A stretch of DNA of 64,000 nucleotides from Eledone cirrhosa (lineage: Eukaryota). A program made the position numbers and the translations under genes. Where the stretch lies: NCBI GenBank assembly GCA_964016885.1, contig OZ024741.1:81096001-81160000 (forward strand), given 5' to 3'. This document shows, in pieces, positions 1-13,779 of the stretch. Position 1 is the stretch's first letter; every line of letters begins with the position of its first letter. The notes below the pieces were generated by a model. That model did no database searches. It was not told the DNA's origin and saw nothing but the letters and a program-made list of their open reading frames with translations.

Positions 1-518
1 CTTAATGATTTTGCTAATTCACCAAATTTTGCTGCCTCTGGCATAACCTAGCAGTTTATAACTTGCGGTCTGCACAACTAGTACTGGGGCTTCAAAATTC
101 CAAGTACTTTGTTAAAAACACAAGATGCACACATTACTGGGTATCCACTCTTCTTTAAGAATTAACATTTCTTTTGATGGTTGTTCTTACTGCATAACAA
201 TTTGGGAAGGGAGTAATGACTTTGCAAATTCACATTTTGCCAGGTTTACAGCCTAGAGTCAGCAAAGCTAGGGGTGAGGGAGTCCATGAGGGAGTTCAAA
301 ATTTCAAGTACTTTGTTAAAAGCGTAATACATATGCACACGACTGGTCATCAATTTGTATCTAGGCATAAATATTTCTCTTTTGAGACTGGTATTCTTCC
401 TGCATAACAATTTAGGAGGGGAGAAATTATTACTTGTGCATGGAGGTGGGGGCTGTCCATGGGGGGAATTCATTTAAATCAAATGGGTGCATGGTAGTAA
501 AAGGGTTAGGAACACTGC
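1..518. mobile_element. Degenerate hAT-like non-autonomous DNA transposon end containing a ~205-bp internal tandem duplication
   Basis: Ends in AAAAGGGTTAGGAACACTG, resembling a hAT CAGTGTTCC-type TIR. Segments ~91-235 and ~295-445 are diverged copies of each other. Confidence 0.45.
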
Positions 519-951
519 CATAAGATATCATAGTAGGAAATAACTTAGATGTTAGCTGAACTACTATATGGAAGTTAGGAATATCTAAATATCTGATACA
601 TAGCAAGATCAGAAGCCAACCATGTGAAGTTGGTAAGAAATGCATATATATAAATATATATAAAAAAAAACTGTTATCATAAAGATCAGAATCTTATGAT
701 GCAAGCTTTAAAAATCTCAAGAGGTTATAAATATGTGTCCTATATTTCTTAGAAAATAGCCATAAGACAAATAAATACATAAAAAAAGGAGAAAATAAAG
801 AGGAAAATAAATTATTGAGTAACTTTATTTCCAAGAGCCAATGAGATAGAGGTAGAGTATGGTGCAATCCACATCTCTAGCAAGAGAGAGAGAGAGAGGA
901 GGAGGCAAGAGAAAAAGAGGCAGGAGAGTATGGAATAACCGACATCTTTAA

Positions 952-987
<36 letters not shown>

Positions 988-2021
988 GAGTAACAGAGTT
1001 TTAGGAGAGCGTGAGAGAGAAAAATAAATATATAAATAGAGTAATAAAGTTATAGGGTAAAGGTAGAGAGAGAGAGAGAGAGAAAGAGGTCATTATGCAA
1101 TTACTGAGTGACTTTGTTCCAAGAACAATGAGAATGAGTGTATGAGAGACAAGAAATTGGTATAAACCACATCTTTAACTATACATATATATATACATAT
1201 ACATACATTATATATATACATATATACACACATATACACATACACACACATATATATATATACACACACATATACACACATACACATACATATATACACA
1301 CAAACATATATATATATATATATATACATATAAAGAGAGAGAGAGAGAGAACATTATGCAATTCTTAAAATTCTGTTGAGGGAGCAGTGTTGCTCGATAA
1401 ATCACATTCATGCCAAATAACATAAAAGAAAAAGTAAAAATAAGGTTTCAACAAAATACACAGGGCAATGAATAAATCGCAAGCAAATGTGATAGCAGCA
1501 AGAACATAAATAGAAAAACAAAAACAAAAGTAGAGTGCCAAACATAAAATAAAATATATATAATAAAGACAATAACAGTAGTGGTAGTAGTAGTAGTAGT
1601 AGTAGTAATAATAATAATAAGTCCAAATTGGAAGATCTTTCGACTTAGACAATAATTTAAGAGCATTAATAATATTATAATCCTTTGGAAGACAGGCTTG
1701 AAATGGAAGGTCTGGGATTTGTCAGAAGGAACCAAATAGTAAAAACTCTCCAATAGAAATTTTCAGTCAGGTGTCAGAAGTTAAATAATTTTGTGGCTAT
1801 TCATAATAAAATATATGATTTAAATAGAAAAATACCTGAGGAATTACTAAACGAATGAGTTTATTCTTGTTAAAAGAGTTAAGATGTGTATCGTATGAAA
1901 GAAGTTCCAGGAGCTGAGTGGCATGTTAATGGCGAAGAAGGGGAAGCAGTGTCAGTGAAACTGAATGGAAAAGGTGTATGTTGCATGAGAAGTGTGAAGT
2001 GCCATGATTTATAGGAGCTAG

Positions 2022-2475
2022 ACATGGAGCAGTAGATACAGCTAGAAGACATGGGTGATGAACATGGAGCAGTAGAGACAGCTAGAAGACATGGGTGATG
2101 AACATGGAGCAGTAGATACAGCTAGAAGACATGGGTGATGAACATGGAGCAGTAGATACAGCTAGAAGACATGGGTGATGAACATGGAGCAGTAGAGACA
2201 GCTAGAAGACATGGGTGATGAATATGGAGCAGTAGAGACAGCTAGAAGACATGGGTGATGAACATGGAGCAGTAGAGACAGCTAGAAGACATGGGTGATG
2301 AACATGGAGCAGTAGAGACAGCTAGAAGACATGGGTTATGAACATGGAGCAGTAGAGACAGCTAGAAGACATAGGTGATGAACATGGAGCAGTAGAGATG
2401 ACTAGAAGACATGGGTGATGAGTGTAGAGCAGCTGAGGTGGTAAGAAGACATGGATAATGAATGTGGTGCAGTAA
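2022..2475. repeat. 40-bp minisatellite, ~11 copies
   Basis: Unit ACATGGAGCAGTAGAGACAGCTAGAAGACATGGGTGATGA recurs with exact period 40 and degenerates at the 3' end. Confidence 0.95.
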
Positions 2476-4010
2476 GCAGAGGTTTTAGTGGAGAAAATAG
2501 CCTTAGAATGCTTGTTGTGCGATCACTTCTGATATAAATTATTCTATGACTACAATATCTAATGTTTCCTTCTCTTTTTAAGATGATAGGGCCTGATTTG
2601 TTGTAACTTTGGCTGTTTTTTTGAGTGATTGTCCATATGAGGGTCCATCTCCAGAATTATTACAAAAATAGCAATAATTTCTAAGATAAAATTAATTATT
2701 TTTCAAGCTTTATGGTGCTTTACCAAATTGTCTTTGACAACTTAGTGTCAAATTTTTTCTGAATATAGTCTGATATATAAAAAAGGTATAGATGACTTTT
2801 CAATTGGATCAAGGATAGGGCACCCCATCTAAAGTTGGGCAGCTAGTCATAGGAATCATGTCAAAAAAGGCCAGAGGGGACTCTACAGTCATGTCAAGGA
2901 AAAGACAGCCTCTCTTGAGCTGGTGCCACAATAACATGCACCAAGTACACTCAGAAAAGTGGTTGGTGATAGGAAAGACACCCAGCTGTAGAGACAATGC
3001 CAAAAAGGAGCATATCTGAATGAGATGTGATCCCATGACCCATCTAGGACATAAACTCTAAGTAATGCTATCATGGAAAAACAGATATAAATCAATGATA
3101 TAAACTGACTGCCTGAAAAAACATATATCGTTTCTAATATTGCTGAGGCTAAATGTTGTATTACTTTAGCTAAAATGATGACCCTTCAGTTATTACGTCT
3201 ACAAGATAGAAGATTGTGCTGGTAAACATAATTTATGTATATGGGCATATAATGCACATAGATGATTATTGTTGAATGAAGAAGCGCTAGAAATTCCAAG
3301 TGGAAAATAACTGCAAAAGAGAAAGATCAAGGCAAATGACAAGTGGACAAAAGCAATGTTGGAGAAAACCCATCAAAACCACACAAGGAAAGAAAAACAG
3401 ACATAAAAACGACAATAATGAAGTTCTTTCATGCATGTGCTCTATCTTTCTCTCTTTCAGAGAATTCCAAACTGCATGTCAGGACACTTTAGCATGCTCC
3501 CAATAACCTCTAAGTATGTCATAAAGTTAGGTCAAGTCTGATCACATTTTTGGGGAATATCAGACTGAAGTATATTTGATATCAGACAAACTCTGCTGAT
3601 ATGTAATATGGTACTAAATTGTTTATTTATTTTGTTAATTTTTTTATCTCAAACAAAACTTAACCAAAATAACATGGACATTTTTATTTTATTTTATTTT
3701 TTTAAATATCACCATTTTGAAAAGTTTGGAAAACCTTTCTCTAGAATGTTTGGATACCAGCCAGCTTCAAATCACCCTTGGTTCTTTGATACAAAACGGT
3801 TTATTCTAAAATGCTAATATCTAGCTATAAACCTTCCATAATTAATTTTATGCAAGAACCATTGTTATGTTCCAAACACCAATTTAATAATGAGAAAGTT
3901 ATATTTCTAAATGCCTCTAGAATAATGAAAATATGTGTGTGCAGTCCTATAGCCTCGAGATAATCAATGCCCTGTGAGTGGAATTTGGAAGACAGAAACT
4001 ACAGAAGCTC

Positions 4011-4090
4011 ACCTATTACCTACTCTACTACCCTAATAACTACTCTGTGCGTTATGGTCCACCTGGTATCTTACCACACCCTCTTTGTCA
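4011..4090 (-). mobile_element. Partial copy (tail only) of the fold-back hairpin element family
   Basis: TGCGTTATGGTCCACCTGG..CTTACCAC matches 18940-18970. Confidence 0.75.
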
Positions 4091-4133
4091 CATATATACT
4101 ATGCGGACTTATGTCTAGTAGATTTGGAAAAGC

Positions 4134-4209
4134 TATCTGAAGAGCTATATCTTTCCATTGGAAATTCTCTGAATTTCCAATCTTTTGATAAGCGAAACCG
4201 TCGGTCATG
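4134..4209 (+). ncRNA. Type I hammerhead ribozyme motif (copy 1)
   Basis: TAT-CTGAAGA-GCT(A)TATC...GATAAGC-GAAA-CCGTCGG-TC-ATG. Internal hairpin ATTGGAAATTC/GAATTTCCAAT. GUC site at 4204-4206. Confidence 0.8.
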
Positions 4210-4596
4210 ACACTAGAAGAGGTAAATATTTAAATCGTATTTTAATTTATTTAAAAGATTGTTTAATATTTACTTGTTCCGATCATATTTACAGTTCTGG
4301 TATCTCAAATTAGTACCATAGAACAACCACTATTATAGACACCATATATATTTCCGTGGGTGCCTAGTACCTAGTGAGATATCTATATCATTTATCTGTA
4401 TTTTCTTTAATGTAGAGAAAAAAATGCTGTATCATGCTGCTATTTCTAGCAGCATGAAATATCAGCGAGTCTATAATTGCCGCTTTTTCTAATGGTCCAA
4501 TAAGTGTGTGGGTCATTTTAACGGCTTGATTCATTCACTGGGCAGAGGGTGATATATCTACATCTATGCAGGCTTATGTCTAGTAGATTTGGAAAA

Positions 4597-4663
4597 GCTA
4601 TCTGAAGAGCTATATCTTTCCATTGGAAATTGTCTTTTGATAAGCGAAACCATCAGTCATGGC
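4597..4663 (+). ncRNA. Type I hammerhead ribozyme motif (copy 2)
   Basis: GCTAT-CTGAAGA-GCT...AGC-GAAA-CCATCAG-TC-ATGGC. 5-bp stem I. Stem III altered by CpG-type changes. GUC at 4656-4658. Confidence 0.7.
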
Positions 4664-4734
4664 ACTAGAAGAGGCAAATATTTAAATCGTATTTTAATTT
4701 ATTTAAAAGATTGTTTAATGTTTACTTGTTCCGG

Positions 4735-4788
<54 letters not shown>

Positions 4789-5147
4789 TTATGTCCTGTA
4801 ACTTAACAGTTTGAGAAAAAAAAAATCAATAAAATATGAGGCTTGAAAAATAAGTACTGGGGTCTATATGATTAACTAAATCAGTAAAAAAAGAGTTTAA
4901 GAAAGTGTTTGTCATTAAGAATATAGTAACTAAAGGGAAAAAACTCCCAGCAATTATTTTTGAGCAATGTCATGCTGGGGTCAGAGCATTTTTTTAGTTG
5001 ATCATATTGACCCCAGTACTTAATTTTCAAGCCTGATACTTATTTCATTGGTCTCTGTTTATAGGACATAGACATACACATGACAAGAGTGTAGTTTCCA
5101 TGTACCAAATTTCACTCACAAGGCAGTGGTTATTATGCGTCCGTGTT

Positions 5148-5234
<87 letters not shown>

Positions 5235-6104
5235 CAACAAATTTGCATATTTTATGGTGCATTATGTGAATTTTCATTGATATAAACAAACATTTATCAT
5301 TTATATTATACCTCCATAAACACACAACACTTTCTATATATTTATATATACACATCACCCCACACCAATTTACTAATTACTTATAATAAAAGGATACTTT
5401 CAAAGGTGGGGAAAGACAAAACACATATGGAGTACACATAGGATATACATGCCTACACACATACACACAGGCGTGTATATACACACAGATAAGCAGACAC
5501 ACACAGAGAGATAGACACACAAACAGACTGCGAATGACAATAAATTATTGTGCTGGGATTGGGAGGATGGGACTATTGATCTGATAAAGTGGATTTATAG
5601 ATAATCAGTTCATAATTCATAACTGAGCAATCACTGGGGACTATTGTTCTAAAGCCACAGGTTTGTGGGACAAACAGACATAACTATATAGATGTGTGTA
5701 TACATACATACACACATCAACAATATCTATCTTTATACATATATACACACATATGCACACAATACACATAAATATACATATCTCTCTCTCTCTATCTATT
5801 TATACATATATGCACAGAATATATATAAATACACACATGCACATACATATATAAATCTACACACATAAACACACACACATGTAATATTCATTAAGGAAAT
5901 GAATGGCTCATAACAGCTCAGACTATAAATGTAAGATAATGAATATAATCTTTATGAAGTTAAACAAAAAGGTGTGTAGGGGGAGAGAGAGAGAGAAGGG
6001 AAGCGAGAGAGAGATGGGGAAGAGAGAGTGAGACAGTGAGGGGGGGGGGGGGGAGATTTAAATGAATTAATGAGTAGTTATAGAGGGGCAAGCAAATATT
6101 GATA

Positions 6105-6305
6105 ATAATAATTATAAGTGTTTCTACAGGCCAGCAATTTGAAGGGGAGGAGAAAGTCAATGAAACTGACTCCAGTGCATTGCTGGTACTTTATTTTATC
6201 AACCATGAAAGGATGAAAGGCAAACCTAACCTCAAAGGGATTTGAACTCAAAATGTAAAGGGTCGTAACTATATGCTGCAAAGCATGTCCTCCAATGCTC
6301 TACAA
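6105..6305 (-). mobile_element. OK-like tRNA-derived SINE
   Basis: Reverse complement of the GAGTTCAAAT...TTTGCCTTTCATCC...GATAAAATAAAGTACCAG body seen at 13999-14190. Confidence 0.75.
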
Positions 6306-6307
6306 TA

Positions 6308-7835
6308 ATCATCATTGTTTTCACGTCCATTTTTTCATGCTTGCATGGATTGGACAGGTCCTTCTCAGCATAGCATCTCTCCACTTACCGCATTTCTTCG
6401 TCATCTCTGTGAGTCTCAGCGAGTTGAGGTCAGCTCTCACCACCTCTACCCAGGTCTTTCTTGGTTTACCTCTACTGCGGCTTCCTTCCATTGGCATTTC
6501 CTGGCACTTCTTCATCCATCGATCATCATCCATGTGCATCACATGTTCATACCATTACAGCATTGCACTTTATAGACAGGTGTCATACAGTCATCCTTTT
6601 GTATGTAGGGAGAAATCAACAGTGGGAGTGGCTCTCTAAACTTCTATCCTATCCTTGTTCTAGCTATTATGCTCTGAGAGCACCCTCCTCTGCTGATAAT
6701 TAAGTCATCTAAATAGCAGAAACTATCAACTACTTCTAGCAACCCTTCCTGTGACTTGAAGAGGTTTATATCACTGACGCTCTTTCCCTCAATTATTCCT
6801 GTGCATCATCTACATACAAAGTCTTCCTTTCCTCTTAGTCTACCTGTTATCCAACTAAATCTTTTGTGCACACCATACAGAGTTTATGACTACTTCTTTT
6901 CTACATATTGAATAGGGTCACTTCCCTGAAGGGATCAGAGTCCTATCTTCTTTCCTATTCACTAGCACTTTAGCTTTGGCTAAGTTTATTCTCAGACCCT
7001 TTCATTCCAACTTCTGTTTCCATAGACAGAACTTATGGCTTCAGCTATAAGGACCAAATCATCTGCATAGAGAAGTTCCCATGGACAGCCAGTTTTAAAC
7101 TCCTCTGTTATAGCTTGGAAAACTATGGTGAACAGCAGTGGGTTAAAAACCAAACTTTGATGAGCCCCTACCTGCACCTTCAATTCCTCACTAAACTCAT
7201 TTCCTACTCTCACTTTACTGACAGCTCTTCTGTACATGGCTTGCACTGCTCTCAAACGTCATACTTCTACACCTAATTTCCTTAAAGAACACCAGATAAT
7301 AGATCGAGGTACTCTGTTAAAGGCCTTTTCCAGATCAACAAAAGCTAAATATAGTGGTTTATTCTTGGCTAGGAACTTCTCTTGTAGGCATTTCATTAAT
7401 AAGAAGGCATCTGTAGTACTTTTCCCAAGCATGAAACCAAACAACATCTCGTTGAATTTAACTCTTTCCTTAATTAGCTGCGCTATAATTCTTTCTGTTG
7501 CTTTCATAACTTGATCCATTAGTTTCATTCCTCTGTAGTTGCTCCCTTATAGAGTATCATCTTTGTCCTTGTAGCAATTTATGATTGTACTACTGCACCA
7601 GCCATTGGGTATGACTGTCTTGTATTACTTGATTGACTATGTAGGTTACTAGTTCGACTCCTACTTGTCTTGATGCTTTTAGCATCTCAGCGACTATTTC
7701 TGATAGTTCCACAGCTTTACCATACTTCATCTCTTTGATTGCTTCTTTGACCCTATAACGGTAAACTTCAATAGCTGGTCCTTCTGTTGGGTAAGTTGGA
7801 GTTTGTCTCTCTTCCTCTCATTCATTCTCTACATT
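6308..7835 (-). mobile_element. Degraded 5'-truncated RTE LINE (short-3'UTR subfamily)
   Basis: RT fragments in ORFs 7259-7528 and 6992-7255 (YLAFVDLEKAF, LLYADDL), C-terminal ORF 6321-6542, and a (CAT)n tail at ~6308. Confidence 0.9.
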
Positions 7836-8084
7836 ATATTTTCTATTGTTTAGATAGAAGAAAAGGCAGCACCTGTGGCCCTTTAATTTTTTAAACTGTC
7901 CAAGAGTAGTGGGAGGAAGGAATGTATCCTCTAATAAGAGACCAGACCTGAATGCTTTCTGCTAAAAGTACCCAAGAGCCAGGTGCTGGTGGTGTTAAAC
8001 TGGGTCATTGACTAAATTTACCATACAAGAAAGCCACAGCAAGATATAAATTCTAAACACATGGAGCCAGAAAAAGTGCTGCAA

Positions 8085-8570
8085 GGCCACTCATCAGATG
8101 CTTTAACAATTCTGCCAATCCACCAACTCTAGACTGGTATTTATTTCATCTATCTTGGAAGAATGACACACAAAGTTGATCATGGCAGGATTTGAACTCA
8201 GAGTGAAGATAACCAGAATATACTGCAAAGAATCTTGATTGACACACTAATGACTGTCAATTCACCTTTGGAACAGAAGGCAGGAAAAGTAAGAAAGAGA
8301 AAGAAAAAGACAGGAGCCAACCATCCGATTGGATCAAGAAAATAATGTTTCCATTGGTTTTCCATTTCTGATACTGTCTGTCAGTTACAATTCCTGACAG
8401 AAGGAGGTAGGATTTAAACTCAGAACGTAGAGAGCTTGATCAGATGCCACAAAACATCCCATCTGATTCATTAACAATTCTGGCCTTGGACTTTATTTAA
8501 TAAATCTCGTAAAGATGAAAGGCAAAGTTAACCTCTGGGATCTGAATGTAGGGTACAGATAGCTGGAATA
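8085..8570 (-). mobile_element. Two to three degraded OK-like SINE copies
   Basis: GGATTTGAACTCAG and GATGAAAGGCAAAGTTAAC motifs repeated. Confidence 0.55.
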
Positions 8571-8642
8571 AAAAGGGTATGACTTTGAAATTCACTGTTA
8601 AAATAGAAAGAAGGAAAGAAATAAGGAGATAAAGCAACTCAC

Positions 8643-8858
8643 GCCATCAAAGGTGAAAGATGTAGCAATCCAGTCCCTGCCTTTTTTGTAATCCTCTTTA
8701 AGCTCCATCAAATAGAGAGTGTCGAGTCCATCGACAATGGTGGCACCAAGAGACAGTGACCCAAAGATGCCGGTACTGTGGCTTCGTTTTGAGATGGGTC
8801 GCAGCTCGTTGGCACCCCAGGCATATTTTGCATAATTGTCCCATGCAAATTTCATCAT
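8643..8858 (-). CDS. MAN1A: Internal exon of mannosyl-oligosaccharide alpha-1,2-mannosidase (GH47, MAN1A-like)
   Basis: Encodes MMKFAWDNYAKYAWGANELRPISKRSHSTGIFGSLSLGATIVDGLDTLYLMELKEDYKKGRDWIATSFTFDG, the start of the GH47 catalytic domain. Acceptor TTTCACTTTCAG (AG at 8860-8859), donor GTGAGT (8642-8637). 216 bp, phase 0/0. Confidence 0.95.
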
Positions 8859-9699
8859 CTGAAAGTGAAAAGAAAGGAATAATATAAATATATCGATATA
8901 TAGAATTATTATGTTATATCATATATCATGGAGGATAGTGGAGGATGATGGATGATGATAGTGGTGGAAAATGACAACAATGAAGAAACACCAAAAAGAA
9001 AATGGAAAAAAAAAGGAAAAAGTAAATAAAAAAGAAAAGGAAATAAATAAAAAGGAGACAGGGTGAAAGATAAGCTAGAAAGAACCAAGAATGGAAAGAA
9101 ATAAAGGAGGAAAGAAAGTAAGAAAGAAAAAGGGAAGGAAAGAGGAAAAGAAATAGAGTAAGGACGGAATGAAATAGAGAAGGAGAGAAGGAATGAAATA
9201 GAAAAGGAAAGAAGGAAAGGAAAGAGGGAGAGAAAGAAAGAGGTTGTTAGTTTATCTGTGAGTGACAGGTAATTGCCTCGTTTCCATTTGGCAATGGAAA
9301 AAACGACCACGGATATTAATGACGTAAGTTGATGAAATGATGGAAGAATTTGTCAGAACGGTAATAGAATAATTACAAAGACTGACTGGAAATAGAAAGA
9401 AGCTATGAATTTTTAATGAGTGGAAATGGTTATTGTTGCTGGTGGTGGCGCTAGAGGGGAAAAGCTGGTACCTGCTGTGAAAGAAAATCAGCTGTAATTA
9501 TTAAAATAAAATAAAATAAAACTGGAAAAAGAAGGAAAGATATATTGTCTATATTGCCCTGAACTAATATGGATCTAAATTCAATCTGATAAACTGGTCA
9601 CATTCATCATACCTCCGTCTATTTAACAAACTATCTATCTGCTTGCCGGGTTATCTAGCTAGCTAGCTAGCTAGCTTATCTACCTATAGCAATTCCTTA

Positions 9700-9927
9700 T
9701 GACAAAAATATTGCCTGAAAAGATGTGGAAAAACTGTCAAAATACAAGGATCTTGAAATTGAAACATACAAGATGTGAGGCATGAAGGTAAATACAGTGC
9801 CAATAATAATCAAAACACTGGATATGATATAACCATATAAGCCATACCAGGGTTCATAATACTACACATTATAAAAAAAATAGCCCAGCTAGGAACATCT
9901 CACATCCTGCACAAGATATTATCAATC
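9700..9927 (+). mobile_element. R4/Dong-like (RLE-type) non-LTR retrotransposon 3' fragment
   Basis: Translates, with stops and frameshifts, as EKLSKYKDLEIE..KM*GMKVNTVPII...IPG...KKIAQLGTSHILHKILSI, typical of the RLE C-terminus of R4/Dong elements. Confidence 0.7.
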
Positions 9928-9943
9928 CGATAGCACAGCTTTA

Positions 9944-10154
9944 CCTTTTAACATTACTCTCTAAATACTATTGTATTTTTGTGGTAAAGGTTTTATATTA
10001 TATAATTATCTTACGTAACATCAAATATAAGATTTTGATGTTATTTATTTTGAGAACGATACCTAACATCAGTATGAGTGGCCAGTTACTGCCGGTTTGA
10101 AAGGAAAGAGGTGGGAGAATTTTGTCCAATACAGCCGGTTTAAAAGCCGAAGGG
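9944..10154 (-). mobile_element. piggyBac-type MITE, diverged copy of 34707-34904
   Basis: Ends in AGGG-TTAA. Internal TTTTGATGTTATTTATTTTGAGAAC is the reverse complement of sequence in the 34707 copy. Confidence 0.75.
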
Positions 10155-11647
10155 TTAAACACAACACACTGTATACAATAAGCACCTAATAAAATAAAAC
10201 AACACAACTCACATAACATATACTCTAAAAAATTAATGCCAATAAAATAACACAACTCAGCAGAGACAAGAGAAGAAATACTTAAGTAACCAAGAAAGTA
10301 CAAGTTAAACCCCATAACAAAATAAGACTGATGCAGTAAATTAACATGGGGAGTTTATACTCTCCTTACCTCCAGAAATACACCACATACTTCAGGAACA
10401 TGAAGGTGCACCAGGTGATGCAGTAGAAACTTCTTATTAAAATAATAATGCTTTCTGATTTAGGCACACAGCCAACAATTTTGGAGGAGGGGAAAGTTGA
10501 TTAAATCAACCCCAGTACTTTATTTTATGGACTCTGAAGAATTAAACACAAAAATAACTTCAACAGGATTTGAACTCAGAATGTAAAACGGGGTGTTAGA
10601 AAGTTGAAGGAGAAGGAATGACCAAAAGGACCATTGGCTATTGACTATGGCTTGTTCTTTTGGTATAGTGTCGGTATAACATCTGCCACAGCTAAAGCGT
10701 TACGATTTATAATAATAATAATTATTATTTCACCTCAGGAATATGCAAGTACGTTAGTGATGCAATAGAAACTGTTAAACAAATAAAAATGAAAATAAAG
10801 AAATTTAATAACTCAAGAGTAAATAAAATAAAATAAACAAACTGCAAAGCTGTTTGTGTTCAGGCATCATTGTGAACCATTTCATAATGTCAGCTGGTGA
10901 AAATTGTAGTCACTTTATTCACTGATCAAAAGGAATATTCCTGCTGCCTGTTGTTGTTGGTGGTGGTGTTGCTGGTACTACTAGTTGTAATGGTAGTAGT
11001 AGTGCTGGTAACAGTAGTAGAGGAGGTGATGTTGGTAAACAGTAGAGGTGGTAGTGGTAGTAGAGGTGGTGGTAGTATTAGAGGTGATGAGGGTGGTGGT
11101 AATAGTAACAGTAGTGGTGAGGTAGTAGTAGGAGAAGTAGTGGTGGTGGTAATAGTAGCAGTAGTAGCGGTAGAGTAGTAGTAGTAGTTAAGAGGCCTTT
11201 GGTATAGGCTGGTAGGTTAACTTATTAATTGAATTATTGAGGGTGAAGGATACTTTTTCAATATTTTCTCTTTCGTTATTTAAAAAAAAATATATTATTT
11301 AATTTAGTTGTTGACTGAGCCTAGCAACTACTAAATTCCTGACATTAGTTGGACACAGTTCAAATATTCTATGTGAACAGCTGTTTTGCTTCAGTAGATA
11401 TTAATTTCGGCTTAACTCTTTCATTGCCATATACTTCTATATCTAACAATGATTTTCATATCATTTTGAAAATAATCAACAAATTGCAAAGATTCAGTAA
11501 TATAACTTACTCTCTCATTATTAAGCTGGTGTTTGGAATATAACCTAACACATTCATTACCATGCTTCTAATGAAATGTACAGCCTATGTAAATAACTTT
11601 AATGATAATCAAGAATATGGATGGATATAAATAATAAGGACTAAGTT

Positions 11648-11720
<73 letters not shown>

Positions 11721-12546
11721 TGAGTGAGGGATAAAGAGAGAGAGATTGTGTGTGTCTGTCTGTGTGTATGTCTTGTGTTCTGTGTTTATATGTCCTGTAG
11801 CTTAGTAATTCAATGAAAAGAGATCGATAAAAGATATACCAGACACTGCCCCCGATTTTCAATTTTATTTTGGAAATAATCAAGAATTTAGAGGGATTTA
11901 AATTTCTCATTATTTAGTTTAAAGGGTTCTTAGATAAAATTATGATGGAAAGTTTTTAGATAAATCATAATCATCTTTTGTACATCTGCTTTTCCATGCT
12001 TGCAATTATCTTTAATGCTACACGTTGAGATAGTCATTGTTTTTGGCAAAGTTTTTCTGGTTGGATGTCCTTCTGATCAGCAACCACAATACAGCAAGGG
12101 TCTAGGTTCATTAATTGATGCCAGCCATACTAAAGAGGTCGCCTAACAGAACTTTAAGATCCACTCTACCTTGTATCAGCTTTTATTCCATGTGACTGAA
12201 CTCATCTCATAGAGAGGTTGTTCTTACTACAGTTTATAGAACCCACGTTTGCTGTAGTTTACAGAGCCCATGACTACACTTTTTTATAAACAACTTTGTA
12301 TCATAGAACCATGGGGGTGGTTTTAGATGGATTGGGATAAAAACAGTTAAGACTGTGCTAAGAGGAAAAAACATGAGATGACCAGCAGAAAAGGAAAAGA
12401 ATGAGATGATTGCGTAAGCTATTACAGTGAAGACAAATCTGTACCCAGCATGGCCTCAGCTGGAACAGGTAAAAGAGTAATAACTATTACTAGGGATTGC
12501 TCCTGCAAAACTAATTATCATGGAGATAAAAGAGTAAATGGGATTT

Positions 12547-12845
12547 TCACTTAGAAAATTCACCTCCAAGGCATAAGTCTGGGCAAGGTTGTTTGTGGAA
12601 GACTTGCAGCTGCTCATGCATACCAGTTTCCCCTCTCCAAGCCACTAATGTTGTCCAAGGGAAAGGCAATAGCTGATACAGCTTGGCACCAGTGACATTG
12701 CAACCCATTTCTATTGCTGAGTGAACTAGAGCAATGTGAAATAAAGTGTCTTGCTCAAGAACACAACGCAAAGACCGGTCCGAGAATTGAACTCACAACC
12801 TCACGATTGAAAACCTATGCTCTAACCACTAAGCCATGCACTTTC
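12547..12845 (-). mobile_element. tRNA-derived CORE-like SINE
   Basis: On the minus strand: A box GGCTTAGTGG, B box GAGTTCAATTC, then TTGAGCAAGACACTTTATTTCACATTGCT, shared with the 14719 and 20118 copies. Confidence 0.8.
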
Positions 12846-13779
12846 ACATCATGGAGATACATACTTTAATAAAACATCTCTGCTACATGCATACACACAG
12901 AAGTGTACACCTACCTACATAACAATATCTTTTTGACAGATTTATTTTTCAGATATGCATATCTGTATTTGTGAGTATGTAAAAACATGCATGTGCATGT
13001 GTGCACATTTGTGTATCACCAAATTAGCAGTGGAGGGGGTATTCCGAAAGCGCAGTAGCCAGAGTGAGAATGGAATGGATAAAGTTCAGGGAGCTACTAC
13101 TGTTGCTAACTACAAAAGGTTTTTCCCTAAAAAAAAAAGTGCCCAGCCCATACTGTAAAGTGGTAGTGTAGGTGTCATGACAAAAAACACCCAGTACACA
13201 CTGCAAATGTGGTTGGCTTTAGGGAGAGCACCCAGCTGTAGAAACCAAGTCCAAATCAGTTCTGTATGAGCAAGAGATGGTCATCTAACTTGGCTTGTCT
13301 CACGAGACAACTTGTCTAACCCATGCTAGCGCAGAAAATGGACATTAAACGGTGATGATGATAATACATATAAATGAACACACACATATGTAGATTGATG
13401 CAGACATATACACACAAGCATATATCTTGTTTGCATTATACACACACAGCCACATATACATATTGGTAGATAGATAGAAAAGCTAACAGTGTGCGTGAAG
13501 AAAGATAGTAACAAACAAATGGAAGGAGGGAGAGAGAGGCCACTAATACCCAGTGATTCTGTTCAACAAAAGGAAGCATAAAGCAACATCATCATCATCA
13601 TCTACCCATTTATTCATTGGCTGTTGAAAGTCATTCACAAATGATAGGTGAGTAGCTGTAAAGCTCACCTGCACAGGTAATTAACAAAGCACCAATGCTA
13701 ATACCAACAACAATAGTAACAGCAGTGACAAATGAAATATCAAAGGAAAGAGATGACAACACCTATTAATTATCATTAT

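Larger units (their letters stand above)
4098..4740 (+). mobile_element. Non-coding retrozyme-like / non-autonomous PLE: two ~180-bp direct repeats, each with a hammerhead ribozyme
   Basis: 4098-4288 and 4564-4740 are direct repeats. Each contains CTGAAGA...GAAA...GTC. Flanked by (TA)n, with no meaningful ORF. Confidence 0.8.

Noticed and set aside
2022-2475. Regular 40-bp repeat resembling a CRISPR array
   Set aside because: Head-to-tail units with no unique spacers, no cas genes and a eukaryotic context: a minisatellite.
10897-11190. ORF rich in V/G/S
   Set aside because: Degenerate (GTA)/(GTG) trinucleotide repeat.
13663-13690. Second AG|GT juxtaposition (CTGTGCAG|GTGAGC, minus)
   Set aside because: Weak pyrimidine tract compared with the 41973 site.
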